Assembly: GCA_965153285.1 (NCBI GenBank)
Contig: OZ229116.1
Length of the DNA: 64,000 bases
Strand: one strand, 5' to 3'
Origin: Podarcis tiliguerta
Lineage: Eukaryota
The notes below the pieces were generated by a model. It did no database searches. It was given only the letters and a program-made list of their open reading frames with translations, and was not told where the DNA came from. Position 1 is the first letter of the stretch; each line of letters opens with the position of its first letter. Shown piece after piece: positions 34,839-48,885 of this stretch. Position numbers and translations under genes: made by a program.

Positions 34839-37693
34839 AAATGTTATGGATCTTTCTCAGCAATGTTTTTGGCTGGCTTTTCTAAGGGAATATTCAATAG
34901 ATTTTTTCTTGATGGGGTAACAACACTAGTAAACCACCAGTACATCCTTGTTACCTCTGGCACTTCACTCCTCTCAGCTCCTATTTGTTCATTCACATCT
35001 CTAGGCTGTTTATCTTCAAACTGAATTTTTATTTTTAGGTAAGTGTTACATAAACCCTACTTGGGCATACACTTTCCGTACATGAGCAAACACCTGAGGA
35101 GAAATATGGAGTGCTTCTTAGTCCTTTCCTGTCCAGCATTTCATCTGTACACAATCTAGATCCTTCCATGAATTTGAGGACCAAGGTCTGAGGTGGGGAG
35201 CTTGCTCTACTTGTAGGGGCCCCACACATGATTTAGAACTTTGCACCATCATGTTTTCTTTGTTTTCACTTGACGAGATTGTTCATATAGGGCTGTATTG
35301 GGTAGTAGATGTATATCATGAATGCTCCAGTTCAAATCAAACTTCAACCATGAGTTCATTAGTTGTCCTTGGGCAAGACTCCCTTCCTCCTCTCTCTCTG
35401 GTTGAGTTCACACAGCAGTTTCCTCCATTTCCCTAACTATTAATTTCTGCATTATATTCAAGTTTTCACATGGCATGAAAGCCACTTCATTTCCATGTTA
35501 TTTAATTGCAGAAACAAATCCATTTGATGCTCCCTTAAACCGGAAAATAGTAGGAGTAAAGTGATGAAATTTGGGGCTGTATACATGGGGGAATGAATAC
35601 ATGCACAGCCATGGGTGCAATAGTGGCAATGTTGTCCAATGATGTTCATTGTTGCGTCACACCACACACACTGGAGTGAATGAAATTTAGTGGAACACAA
35701 TATATTGCTCATATATTGATATGCTGATATTTTGGTCAAAAATATACACATAACACAACTGGTACTGCAGTGTGAAAGGATCACTGGAAAACAAAACAGA
35801 AGCACTAGCGTTCAGCACAGGAAAACTAATGCAATATTTGCCACATCTAAATGTATCCTCTCTCCATCTCATCCACAACATGAGGAAAATAATGCTGATC
35901 TATCTTTCTGGGTTATTGAAGAGTTACAAGGGAATGTCTATCAACCATTTTCTACACTAAAGTGCTCTATGAACACCAAGTATGACTGTACAGTGCAAAG
36001 AAGTCCATGTCCTCCTTAATTTATTGCTCACATTGTGGCTAGAAGAAAATAAAGCCAAGACGAATGCTATTAAAGCCAATTATTATTACTACACCACTTC
36101 ACATTACAGAGATAAAAAGAAGCAGGAAGAGATTGGTGGCACATGCAATGGGGTGGAGCTGTGGAGCCACCCTCCAACACTAGTGTTGTTGCTGGGGCTT
36201 ACCTGGTCAGGGCTGGGCTGACACAACTGTGTGGTTGGGGCTGTGCAGGTGCACCAGCAGCCGTGCTAGATGTTCCCACAGTTAAAAGCACATGACTCCA
36301 GCCTCACTGCTTCCCCATCCAGGTAGGCAACAGTGTAAGGGGGTGGGGGTGGGGTGAATTCACCAGCTGTCCATCACCATGCATGTCACTACTGCAGGTG
36401 GGTAACTTTCAATGGCAGCTTATGAGCTTATGTGTGACAATCAGTTGTCAAGCTCAGAATATTAAAAAGTAGCATGTGACGACCTGTTAAACAGTAGAGG
36501 TAGATGCTTTTCAGTCATCTCTCTTGGAGACCTTGATGCTCTTCTGCTTTTTGTTGCACAAAATCAGCAGGACTCCTAAAACTGCTATACTGAATTTGCT
36601 GAATGTTTTCCCCCAGAAGACAGAAAATCAAGCATCCGATCCACTAAGCAATGCCATAAAAGTTTCTTTCAAAATTAGTCTTCATCTTTCACTACAGAAT
36701 ATGCACTGGCAACAAACTTTTTGACACATTAGGCATGATCCAGCATTAATGTACATGAAGCAGTAAATACAGGGGTGTGCAGCTGTATGTCCTTACCAGA
36801 TTGCCTTTCCATGGGAAAGCTTTCCCAGCCAAAGAGGTGAGAGGTCATCTAACATTGTTATGACTCAATAGTCATTTGTCACCTATGTTACTACAGCATG
36901 GAAGCATGACTGGCGATGGTATAGGTAGAAATACTAGCCACATGCACACTCACCTACATACATACTGTTTGCCACAACTGTTCCAACTGGTCATAATTTC
37001 TAATCATACATTACAAATGCTCTTAGCTGTTCTGACTGTTAAGCAAAGGGGGAAGGAGATTTTGGGTTCATGATGCACACATATTTGGGTCGGCATATAG
37101 GTCAGTACAGGGACCACTGTTTTTCCCTATTGCTCATTGCCTGTGTTTTCTCTTTCTAGTATATGGTTTTTGGCGGTGGGGAATTGATGCATTTTATATA
37201 TTTATTTAAAATAATTATATAGTCCCTGTCCCACACTCAAAGAGTACCTAGGTTGTGTATAATATTAATTTAAGACCATATAAGCACCAGTTCAATGCAA
37301 TAGTATGAATAATAAAGTACAGTATATAATACTGTTGTCAGCAACTTAGTGGAGTTGAACACCGATGGCCAGCAAATACTTGGTCACATAGATACGTCTT
37401 TAAATGTTGATGAAAACAGTGCACTGTACATTACTATTGAATTCAAAAGGGCAGACTGTTCCACCACAGAGAATGCCATCCTCATGGTTGCCAGAACATG
37501 TACTGATGCAGATAATGAGACCACCAGGAATGTCTCCACTGAAGATCTTGGTGAACAGATGAATTGATATGAGAACAATCATTATCTTGAAAAATCTTGA
37601 GCTAAGTTTTTTTTAGAAAGGATGAGGTAACATGTTGGAGAATTTAGGAGTGGTTCATTAATCTTTTGTGATATATTGGGAAAGTCTCTGGGA

Positions 37694-37835
37694 AGTTGTG
37701 GACTCTCCTTCCTAAGAGGTTTTTTTAGCAGAAGCTGTATGGCCATCTGCCATGGATGCTCTAGCTGAGATTCCTGCATTGCAGGGGGTTGGACCAGATG
37801 ACCCTTGGGTCCCTTACAACTCTATGATTCCATGA
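37694..37835 (+). mobile_element. Older CR1 3' fragment (pre-dates the unit duplication)
   Basis: ttcctgcattgcagggggttggaccagatgacccttgggtcccttacaactctatgattc; paralog at ~54037-54180. Confidence 0.75.
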
Positions 37836-38865
37836 GAGACAGACTACTTGCCCCACTAATTGGTCAAACAAAGGCTGTGCATGAGCTCTATTCATTCTGC
37901 AACCAGCATGCAGTCACAGGACCTGAGGAGTGTTTTACAACTGACAGCTTCCATCAGTGCTTCACCATATCATACACTGTGCTTTTCCAATCAGACCCAA
38001 CAGTGTATGAGTTTTAATTTGTTTTAATCTATTCTGTTGTGATTTAAACTTTATGTGTGCTTTAAATTACGGTTGTCATTTTTAAATATTATTTTATTCA
38101 TTTTTAATAATATAACAGTTTAACAATGTAGAACATTTATATACTCCCAATCTGAAAAATACAAAACCACAGATCTCCATTGTTCGTTTAAAACTTTCTT
38201 CTCTCAAACCACAAAATAGGCATTTTGTTCTGCCTTCAACCCTTTAATGTTCAATTTCCCTTCACTTTTTCTTGAAGCCAAAAGCAGCTCACACACTGAA
38301 TGTAAATTATCACCAGCTGATGGACAAATCTCCCTCAGTTATAAATTATAACTGTCCCAAAAATAATTATGAAAGGGAGGCTTTTGCAGATCCCATACCC
38401 ATCATGGCACTTTCATGGCTTTGGGGCAAGATGTAAATTCCTCAGCTCTCAAGTCGCTTAACCCCCATCCGAGTTCCTAGGAGCTGACTGCTTCTTGGTC
38501 TCTTGACAATAGAAAACAGCTTTTTCAAAGCACCAGGGATTAATCTCTTGTTCACTCTTTTTTCCAAAATGAATATGGGAACCAAGACTTATGTCTGGCT
38601 ATCATCAATCACCATGTAATTATCTCTGTTGGCAGAACGCCAACAAAAGATGTTCAACCCGCTATTTCCTTCCCCACAACACATAAAAAACTCCCCACAA
38701 ACTCTCTAATATTTAGTTTAACAATAAGGAGAAGTTGGCCAATAAATAGAAAATTTTCAAACTTCTTGAAGAATATACAATGTAATATTTTTTGATGTCT
38801 CTTTTTCTTGGTTTTTTTAAGACAGAACATTAAAATAGCTACATATTCAATTTTAGTCATACTAC

Positions 38866-38914
38866 GAAGGAAGGAAGGAAGGAAGGAAGGAAGGAAGGAA
38901 GGAAGGAAGGAAGG
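38866..38914. repeat. (GAAG)n microsatellite
   Basis: Seen directly. Confidence 0.95.
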
Positions 38915-39238
38915 ATAAGCACTGTCTCCACTCAAACATGCTATGCCATCCTGTGGTCCGAGATTCTCACCCTAGGTCAGCATGCAAATATGCATCTGCA
39001 TAATTCTAACTGAGGCTCCCCCCAACCTGCAATTTTGCTCTTCAACAACTGCTAGAATGCCCATTCCATGAGCTTCATCTGCAGCAGTAGCAGCTCAGTA
39101 CTACCCCCTACCTACTTCCCTGGTGACATGGCATGAATTGTCTGGAGTGCCAGTTAGATAACATCCACTGTTTACAAATAAACTCTCAAACAAGTGATAA
39201 CACCAAATTCCCTATAAGGAACATGAAATATAACTCAC

Positions 39239-41668
39239 CGTGCTGTCATTTTCCTTTTCAGAAATTAAATTACCTCCACTGACCATCAAAGAAATGTCAG
39301 AGTTGCCATTGCAAAGGATGTTCTCTGCTATTTGGACAGTGGGCTGCAGGAATGTCAACTCATTCCTCCTGGATTCAGAGGACAGACAGACCTGGTAGGA
39401 ATAAGGCAAAGTTCCGTCCTCATAATTGGGTGGGAATATGGCACCAGCCTTTGAATGGGGGTCAGGAATAAAGCACTGAAGGAAAGTGGGGTTCCTTGAC
39501 CTTCGAAGCTTCATCAGAATGGTCAGTATCACCGTCACCAGGAACAGAAAGGACACCAAGGTCAAGGCCAATACCAAATAAAACTGTAGATCAGACTGAT
39601 ACTCTGAGTCATTTGGTTGGGAGTTCATTTCCGGAAGAGCCTCCTGGAAGTTCTCAGCAAACACCAGGCTCAAAGTTGTGGTGGCTGAGAGAGGAGGATG
39701 CCCATTGTCCTTCACCAGGATGACCAGCCTCTGCTTCACTGCATCTCTCTCAAGTAATGCTCGGACTGTTTGCACCTCTCCTGTGTGGGAGCCAATGCTG
39801 AAGAGTGAGGGCTCTGTGGCCTGCAGGAGATGGAAGGAGAGCCAGGCATTGTGTCCCGAATCAGAGTCCACCGCCACCACCTTCGTCACCAGATAACCCG
39901 ACTCAGCTGACCGAGGCACCATCTCAAAGAAAGGTGAGCCCTCGGTTGATTGTGAGGGGTACAGGATCTGCGGAGCGTTATCATTTCGATCCAAAACACA
40001 TACTGTCACTGTGGCACTGCTATTGAGTGGTGGAGAACCTCCATCTTGGGCCTTCACTTGAATCTGAAACTCCCTGAATTGCTCATAGTCAAAGGAGCGT
40101 TGGGCATAGATGATCCCAGTCTCAGAGTTAATGGAGACATAGGAGGAAAGGGGCAGGTCCTTGATGTTGCTGTTAAGGATGGAGTAAGTGATTCGGGCAT
40201 TGCGATCCAGATCTGGGTCAGAGGCCTTGATGTGGAAAATTGAAGCTCCAGATGGGTTGTTCTCTGGAATGTAGGCAGTGTAAGAAGATTTTTCAAAGGC
40301 TGGTGGATTATCATTGATATCTGAGATCTGTATTGATATGGTTTTGTGTGTGGAGAGTGGAGGGGTCCCTTTGTCTGTGGCTGTGATGGTAATATTATAC
40401 TCTGGAGTCCTTTCTCTGTCAAGGGCACCATCTATGAGGAGCTTGAAGTAATTGTCCGAAGATGAGACTATTAGGAAAGGTGCAAGTTCCTTCAGGTGAC
40501 AGGTGACTTCTCCATTATCCCCAGAATCCCTGTCCTGAACTTTAATGAGAGCAATCACAGCTCCAGATGTGACATCTTCCGGAACTGGGCTGGACACGGA
40601 TGTAAGGATCACATCTGGAGCATTGTCATTCTCATCAAGAACCTCAATCTCCACATTGCAATGTGCTGCCAATCCTCCTCCATCACTTGCCTGAATTTTC
40701 ATAACATATTTCTGTCTGTCCTCAAAGTCAACACTTTCTATGAGTGTAACTGTTCCATCTCTGGGATCCAGATGAAACTTCTGCTTGGCTGTTTTTGGGA
40801 TGTCACTGAAAGTATAAGTGATCTCAGCATTGGAACCTTCATCAGTGTCAGATGCTTTGACTTGAAGCACAGAGGTTCCTTTGGGTGCACTCTCCTTCAG
40901 GCTCACTTTATATGTTGTCTGGGTGAAAACAGGGGCATTGTCATTAATATCAATAACTGTTACCAATATTTTGGCTGTTCCGGTTTTTGGAGGTTCTCCA
41001 CCATCCATGGCTGTAAGGACCATGTGATGCATCTGTTCCTTTTCCCTGTCCAGTTGTTTCTGCAATATTAATTCTGCATATTTGCCGCCATCATTGCCAG
41101 CTTTAATTTCTAGTTTGAAATATGGAGTTGAGCTCAATTGATAATTCTGGAGGGAGTTCATTCCGATATCATCATCTTCAGCATTTCCAAGAGCAAATCG
41201 AGTTCCTGGCAGAGTAGATTCACTAAATTTAAGCTCAATATTTTCATTCTGGAAATGTGGGGCATTGTCATTAATGTCCTGGATAAAAATATTTACGTGG
41301 AAAATATTCAAAGGATTGTGTGCCACAACTTCTAATTTGAGGACACAAGTAGATGATTCCCCACAAATCTCTTCCCGGTCTATCCTCTCATTCACATACA
41401 GGTTGCCATTTTGTTCATTCAGATCAAAGAATTGCTTTTCTGAAGAAATACCAAGCTTGCGCTTTGACAGCTCTCTGACATCCAACCCCAGATCCTTAGC
41501 AAGGTTCCCCACAAAGGAGCCCTGCTCTGCTTCCTCTGGAACTGAATACTGAACCTTCTCAGACCCCACCTGGCAGCAGAACACAGACCAGAATATGAAC
41601 AGAAACAGTACTTGCCTCCTCATGATCTTCCTTGTTCTCTCTGCCTGCTTTACTTCCATCACATCCAT
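39239..41668 (-). CDS. PCDHGB: Protocadherin gamma-B-like variable exon (810 codons; exon 7)
   Basis: Paralog of exon 5; donor ACG|GTGAGT at 39239/39238. Confidence 0.95.
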
Positions 41669-41898
41669 TATTGTTTCTGATTTCCTCCTTCCTTCACTTC
41701 AATTTTCAAGACTCCCAGTACACATGTGAGATAATAGAAATATTGTTCTTTTCAGCTGATCCTTGGGAAACTGAGAGCTTTCCTTTCTTGAGCAGCTTTT
41801 AAAATAAAAGCTTTTCCTTTCTGCTCAGCTGAAGCGTTAGGAGAGAGAGAGGCTGCTCCAAGAGCTCGCAAATGCTGAGCCATGGCTGCTCCCACGTT

Positions 41899-41937
41899 GT
41901 CCAACAGTGACACTCTGAGTCCATACGGTGAACTGCT
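41899..41937 (-). promoter_or_regulatory. Pcdh promoter CSE of exon 7; CACT core
   Basis: Minus strand AGCAGTtcaccgtatggaCTCAGAGTGTCACTGTTGGAC. Confidence 0.8.
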
Positions 41938-44460
41938 TTTACTATTTCTACAATTCTACATGGAATTTTATCTCCTAAGTAGGGAATTGCTTGTAATACA
42001 AGTACACCTTTAAATGCAATCAGAAACAAATTTCTTCTCCATCACTTGTGTGCAGCCTCTTCGCTTCCCATCCCCTCACCATTCAGCATCATTGCTTTAT
42101 TTTCTGTCTTTAAAAAGGAGTGGAAAAAACCAAGAAAACCCAGAAAACCCAGGGGATGCCTGTTGGTGAGGAGGGCTCATCAGATATAGAAGGTTTGTTT
42201 CCAGAGGCTTCTAAAGAAATTGTGGTCTTCCAGAGTGTAATTGCTTGTCAGGGTACACAGGGTTTGTCAATGTCTCCTTTACTGGATCAGGAGGCAGAGG
42301 GAACTACAATTGACATGCTCTCTGGCAGGAAATTCCACTTCTGTGCATGTTCAGGAACATCATTTCTGATTCGAGGTTAGGACTGTATTACCTCTGCCCA
42401 CTGACAGTTCCCACCAGCACCCCACACCTTTTCAAAGGTGATTTTTTTTACTTGAAAAGGGGAAGAAATGGCAGGGAGTTTTAGCTAACGGTACTGGCAA
42501 AACCCATTTTATGCTTGAAATTAATTCAAAGAAAACTGGGTCCTCGCTGAATTACAGTGATTAAAAAAGATGGGAGAGGTTATATTTAAAATCTTCCCAT
42601 AGGCCCTGGACTAAAGCTAGCTGCACTCTTTATTTGCTGTCTTTCATCCAGTTTAAACATAGCATTAACATCTCTATACTTTTGCATTATTCTGTTTAAA
42701 AAGTTTCTGTAAAGGAATAAAATACTGAAAGACCAAACTAACCAATGTGCATTTGATGAATGTGATCAAAATATTTTACCACTTGTATTTACAATAATGC
42801 AATGTAACTATTTCTAGCACCTTTTATTCCCATGTGTTCCCAATATTAAATCATTTCCAGTTTCTCCTTAACCGTCATACAATTTTGTGTGAATCAAAGC
42901 ATTGCCAACCCACACGCTCCAGTGTAATTTTCATTCTGCAATGAATGTACTTCCAGGACATTGTCACAAATGGTCACCCTTACAACATCTCCAAAGTTCA
43001 GCCCCTACCACTTACAGCTGTGTCAATAACTTGGCACAAACCATATAATGTTATTTGGGGACTTCTTTCTAACCAAGGACAGTTTTTTTGTGAGTTTCTT
43101 AATGGGGTCAGAAACACATCGAACAAATAAGTGTTTTCCAGCTTGGGATGTCTGGACAATGTCAAGCACTCTTCTTCTGACACCACAGACACATATATTT
43201 TCTGGGATTCAAAATTCTACCCTCACCTTATATTGGAAATCTCAATGGGGTAGAAATACACCCCCCGAAAAAGTTAGTGTGTTGCTGTTGTTTTCTGACA
43301 CAGGGTGAAGGTTCCAAGTTATAAGGAGCATGATGCAACCAATCTTACATACAATTGCTTGCATTTTTAATTTGCTTTAATTTGTTTAATCTATTCTGTT
43401 GTGATTTTAAATTTCTGTGTGCTTTGAATTATGGTTGTCATTTTTAAAATATTATTTTTATTCATTTTTAATAATATAAAAGTTTAACAATGTAGAACAT
43501 TGTTCTACATATATATCTCAATCTAAAAAATATAAAAATACAAAAATACAGATTTCCACGGTTAAAACTGGACAAATCTCCCTCAGTTATAGATTTTAAC
43601 TGTCCCAAAAATAATTAAGAAAGGGAGGCTTTTGCAGATCCCATACCCATCATGGCTCTTATATGGCTTTAGGGCAAGCTGTAAATTCCTCAGCTCTCAA
43701 GTCGCTTAACCCCCATCCGAGTTCCTAGGAGCTGACTGCTTCTTGGTCTCTTGACACAGAAAACAGCTTTTTCAAAGCACCAGAGATCTCTTGTTCACTC
43801 TTTTTTTCCAAAATGAATATGGGAACCAAGACTTATGTCTGGCTATTATCAATCACCATGTAATTATCCCTGCGGGCAGAATGCCAACAAAAGATGTTCA
43901 ATCCTCTATTTCCTTCCCCATAACACATAAAAAGCTCTCCACAAACTTCCTAATATTTAGTTTGATAATAAGGAGAATTTTGCCAATAACTAAAAAAATT
44001 GCAAACTTCTTGAAGCGTATACTATGTAGGATGTTTTTGTGTTTGTTCTTGCATATACCGTATATTCTTAAAGAGAGAACATTAAAATAGCTACATATTC
44101 AATTTTAGTCATGCTGCAAAGAAAGAAAGAAAGAGAACAATTTAGCACTATCTTCACTCAAACATGCTTTGCTGTGGTCCCAGATCATTACCCTAAGTCA
44201 GCATGAAGATAGGCATCTAGATAATTCAGACTGAGGCTTCCACAATTTACAATTATGTCCCTCAACAACTGCCGAAAAATCCATACCATTAGGCTGCTTT
44301 GCAGCAATAGCAGTTCAGTACTACTCCCTACCTATCTTCCTGGTAACATGGCATGAATTGTCTGGAGTGCCAGTTTGATAACATCCACTGTTTACAAATA
44401 AACTCTCAAAGAAGTGATAACACGCCTAATTCCACAAAAAGAAAATGCAATAGAACTCAC

Positions 44461-46890
44461 CGTGCTGTCATTTTCCTTTTCAGAATTTAAATTACCTCCA
44501 CTGACCATCAAAGAAATGTCAGAGTTGCCATTGCAAAGGAGGTTCTCTGCTATTTGTACAGTGGGCTGCAGGAAAGTCAGCTCATTCCTCCTGGATTCTG
44601 AAGACAGACAGACCTGGTAGGAATAAGGCAAAGTTCCATCCTCATAATTGGGTGGGAATATGGCACCAGCCTTTGAATGGGGGTCAGGAATAAAGCACTG
44701 AAGGAAAGTAGGGTTCCTTGACCTTCGAAGCTTCATCAGAATGGTCAGTATCACCGTCACCAGGAACAGAAAGGACACCAAGGTCAAGGCCAATACCAAA
44801 TAAAACTGTAGATCAGACTGATACTCTGAGTCATTTGGTTGGGAGTTCATTTCCGGAAGAGCCTCCTGGAAGTTCTCAGCAAACACCAGGCTCAAAGTTG
44901 TGGTGGCTGAGAGAGGAGGATGCCCATTGTCCTTCACCAGGATGACCAGCCTCTGCTTCACTGCATCTCTCTCAAGTAATGCTCGGACTGTTTGCACCTC
45001 TCCTGTGTGGGAGCCAATGCTGAAGAGTGAGGGCTCTGTGGCCTGCAGGAGATGGAAGGAGAGCCAGGCATTGTGTCCCGAATCAGAGTCCACCGCCACC
45101 ACCTTCGTCACCAGATAACCAGACTCAGCTGACCGAGGCACCATCTCAAAGAAAGGTGAGCCCTCTGTTGGTTGTGAGGGGTACAGGATCTGCGGAGCGT
45201 TATCATTTCGATCCAAAACACATACTGTCACTGTGGCACTGCTATTGAGTGGTGGAGAACCTCCATCTTGGGCCTTCACTTGAATCTGAAACTCTCTGAA
45301 TTGCTCATAGTCAAAGGAGCGTTGGGCATAGATGATCCCAGTCTCAGAGTTAATGGAGACATAGGAGGAAAGGGGCAGGTCCTTGATGTTGCTGTGAAGG
45401 ATGGAGTAAGTGATTCTGGCATTGCGATCCAGATCTGGGTCAGAGGCCTTGACGTGGAAAATTGAAGCTCCAGATGGGTTGTTCTCTGGAACGTAGGCAG
45501 TGTAGGATGATTTTTCAAAGGCTGGTGGATTATCATTGATATCTGAGATCTGTATGGATATGGATTTGTGTGTGGAGAGTGGAGGGGTCCCTTTGTCTGT
45601 TGCTGTGATTGTAATATTATACTCGGGAGTCCTTTCTCTGTCAAGGGCACCATCTATGAGGAGCTTGAAATAATTGTCCGAAGATGAGACTATCAGGAAA
45701 GGTACAAGTTCCTTCAGGTGACAGGTGACTTCTCCATTATCCCCAGAATCCCTGTCCTGAACTTTAATGAGAGCAATCACAGCTCCAAATGTGACATCTT
45801 CTGGAACTGGGCTGGACACGGATGTAAGGATCACCTCTGGAGCATTGTCATTCTCATCAAGAACCTCAATCTCCACTTTGCAATGTGCCGCCAATCCTCC
45901 TCCATCACTTGCCTGAATTATCATCACATAATATTGACTTTCTTCAAAATCAACACTTTCTATAAGTGCAATGGTTCCATCTCTGGGATCCAGGTGAAAC
46001 TTCTGCTTGGCTGTTTTCGGGATGTCACTGAAAGTGTAAGTGATCTCAGCATTTGACCCTTCATCACTGTCAGATGCTTTGACTTGAAACACAGAGGTTC
46101 CTTTGGGTGAACTCTCTTTCAGGCTCACTTTATAGATTGTCTGAGTGAAAACAGGGGCATTGTCATTAGCATCAATAACTGTTACCAATATTTTGGCTGT
46201 TCCAGTTTTTGAAGGTTCTCCACCATCCATGGCTGTAAGGATCATGTGGTGCATCTGTTCCTTTTCCCTGTCCAGTTGTTTCTGCAATATTAACTCTGCA
46301 TATTTGCCACCATCATTGCCAGCTTGAATTTCTATTCTGAAATATGGAGTTGAGCTCAGCTGATAATTCTGGAGGGAGTTCATTCCGATATCATCATCTT
46401 CAGCATTTCCAAGAGCAAATCGAGTTCCTGGCAGAGTAGATTCACTAAATTTAAGCTCAATATTTTCATTTTGGAAATGTGGGGCATTATCATTGATGTC
46501 CTGGATAAAAATATTTACGTGGAAGATATTCAAAGGATTGTGTGCCACAACTTCTAATTTGAGGACACAAGTAGATGATTTACCACAAATGTCTTCCCGG
46601 TCTATCCTCTCATTCACATACAGATTCCCATTTTGTTCATTCAAATCAAAGAAATGCTTTTCTGAAGAAATACCAAGCTTGCGCTTTGACAGCTCTCTGG
46701 GATCCAACCCCAAGTCTTTAGCAAGGTTGCCCACAAAGGAGCCCTGCTCTGCTTCCTCTGGAACTGAATACTGAACCTTCTCAGACCCCACCTGGCAGCA
46801 GAACACAGACCAGAATATGAACAGAAACAGTACTTGCCTCTTGGTGATCTCCCTTGTTCTCTCTGCCTGCTTTACTTCCATCACATCCAT
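44461..46890 (-). CDS. PCDHGB: Protocadherin gamma-B-like variable exon (810 codons; exon 8)
   Basis: Paralog of exon 5; donor ACG|GTGAGT at 44461/44460. Confidence 0.95.
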
Positions 46891-47123
46891 TGCATTTCCT
46901 GATTTTTTCCTTCTTTCAGTATAGTTTGCAAGACTCCCAGTACACTAATGTGAGATAGTACCAATACTGTTCTTTTGAGCTGATTCTTGGGAAACTGAGA
47001 GCTTTCCTTTCTTGCGCAGCTTTTAAAATAAAAGCTTTTTCTTTCTGCTCAGCTGAAGTGTTAAGAGAGAGAGAGACTGCTCCAAGAGTCTCAGAAATGC
47101 TGAGCCATGGCTGCTCCCACGTT

Positions 47124-47162
47124 GTCCAACAGTGACACTCTGAGTCCACATGGGGAACTGTA
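47124..47162 (-). promoter_or_regulatory. Pcdh promoter CSE of exon 8; CACT core
   Basis: Identical to the exon 5 CSE. Confidence 0.8.
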
Positions 47163-48885
47163 TTTGCCTTTCAATAATGGTACATAGTATATAATTTCTA
47201 ATGTAGAGAAATGCTTTTAATTTACCCTTTACCATTGTTTTCAAGTTGTACTCCCCTCCATGGATTATTGATGAGACCTTATAGTTATTCACTCCATTAA
47301 GAGCTCTTTTCAGTATGCGGGTCAATGAGACCAGAATTCCAAACTTCTTTCTTCCATGTTTAATGTGCATTAAAAAAAACCTAAATAATATTAGGAGATT
47401 ATCACAAGTGAATTTTTAATACGTATTCCTGTCAGAGGTTCAGCTTGTGATAATTTTAGGTTGACCCACACAGTGATGTGTGCATTTAATTCATGTTATC
47501 AAGAGGATTTGCCACTTGTATTTACAATAAGGAAAAGCAACTTTTTTTAGCACTATTTTTGTCTGGTGTTCAAATACTGCAATCCCTAAATAAGTCCCAC
47601 TTTCTCTTAAATATCAAACAATTTTGTGGCAATCCAAGCATCCTCCCAGCATACTTTGCATTGTCCAATTCACACATTAGTAGAACTTCAGGATAGTCCT
47701 TCAAGGACATTGCCAGATATGGTCACCCAAACAACTCCCCCAAATTTCAGCACGTTACCATTCATTGTTTCCTTACAGGAACAAAAAAACCCCACAGGCC
47801 TCATAAACTGCATCAATTTTTGCAATTGTAGGGTGTTTACAACTCCAGCAATGATAGCATTTTTTAAAATAGAAAAATGCCAGAAAAATTTCACCAAAGA
47901 ATTCTGGAATCAAACCAGCTTACAGTTACATTACAAAGGAGTAAATAAACTTGCACTCACATTTCCATTGATGTACCCATTGTAGGAGTGTGGAATTACC
48001 TAGAAGAATACACCGTCCGCTGAAGCTGTTTTCATTCATTTTACAGAGAAGGCAACACATGACACCTTATCTGGGGTTCAAAATTCTACCTCTACCTTAC
48101 ACTAGAAATCTCAATAGAGTAGAAAATACAACCACCCAAACCATTTGTTTGTTGCTGCTGTAGTTCAGTAGCGGGTGAAGGTTGCAAGTTACAAAGGAGC
48201 ATTATGCAACCAATCTTACAATACAATTGCTTGTAAATATATTTCCAGAGTCCCCTCACCATTGAATCTTCTCATTTTATCATACTAAAATATACAAACA
48301 GCCAAAATATCTCAGCCAATAAAAAAGTAAATTCATTATTACTTTTCTTAAAAAAATAAGTCTTGTGGCAATGAGAATCTCAGTATCAGCTTATTGGTGA
48401 GTAGTTGGGTATGTAGTGGAAAGAGGTTATTGGTTGAAAGATGGGAATGAGAACTTGTCATAGGATACTATGCCCTAGTTTTCATTGAGGCGGCATGACT
48501 AAAACTTATCAGTGCCAAGGCAGGTGAGGGCTCACATTTATATACTTATTTATTGATAGAGGTTTTTTAAACCACCCACTATTTGTAAGTGTAGTAAAAA
48601 TATGAAATAAAAGCCAAATACAACACACAAAGCTAAAAGAATTTAGAATCAATCTCACAGGAACTCACCTACTGTACATGAAAATAGGATGAGCCTAGCC
48701 TTCTCCCTATCTCCTTTACATGATAGTTTCAATATGTAGTGAACTATGATTTTTTATAGTTGTGCACAAGGTTTTGTGAGCCTCCACCAGCAGTCCAAAG
48801 TAAGAGACAAAGACAGATCATCTGATGCATCAAGATGAAGATTTGTTGAAAGAAGATACTTCACAGAAGGATCACATATAAAGTA

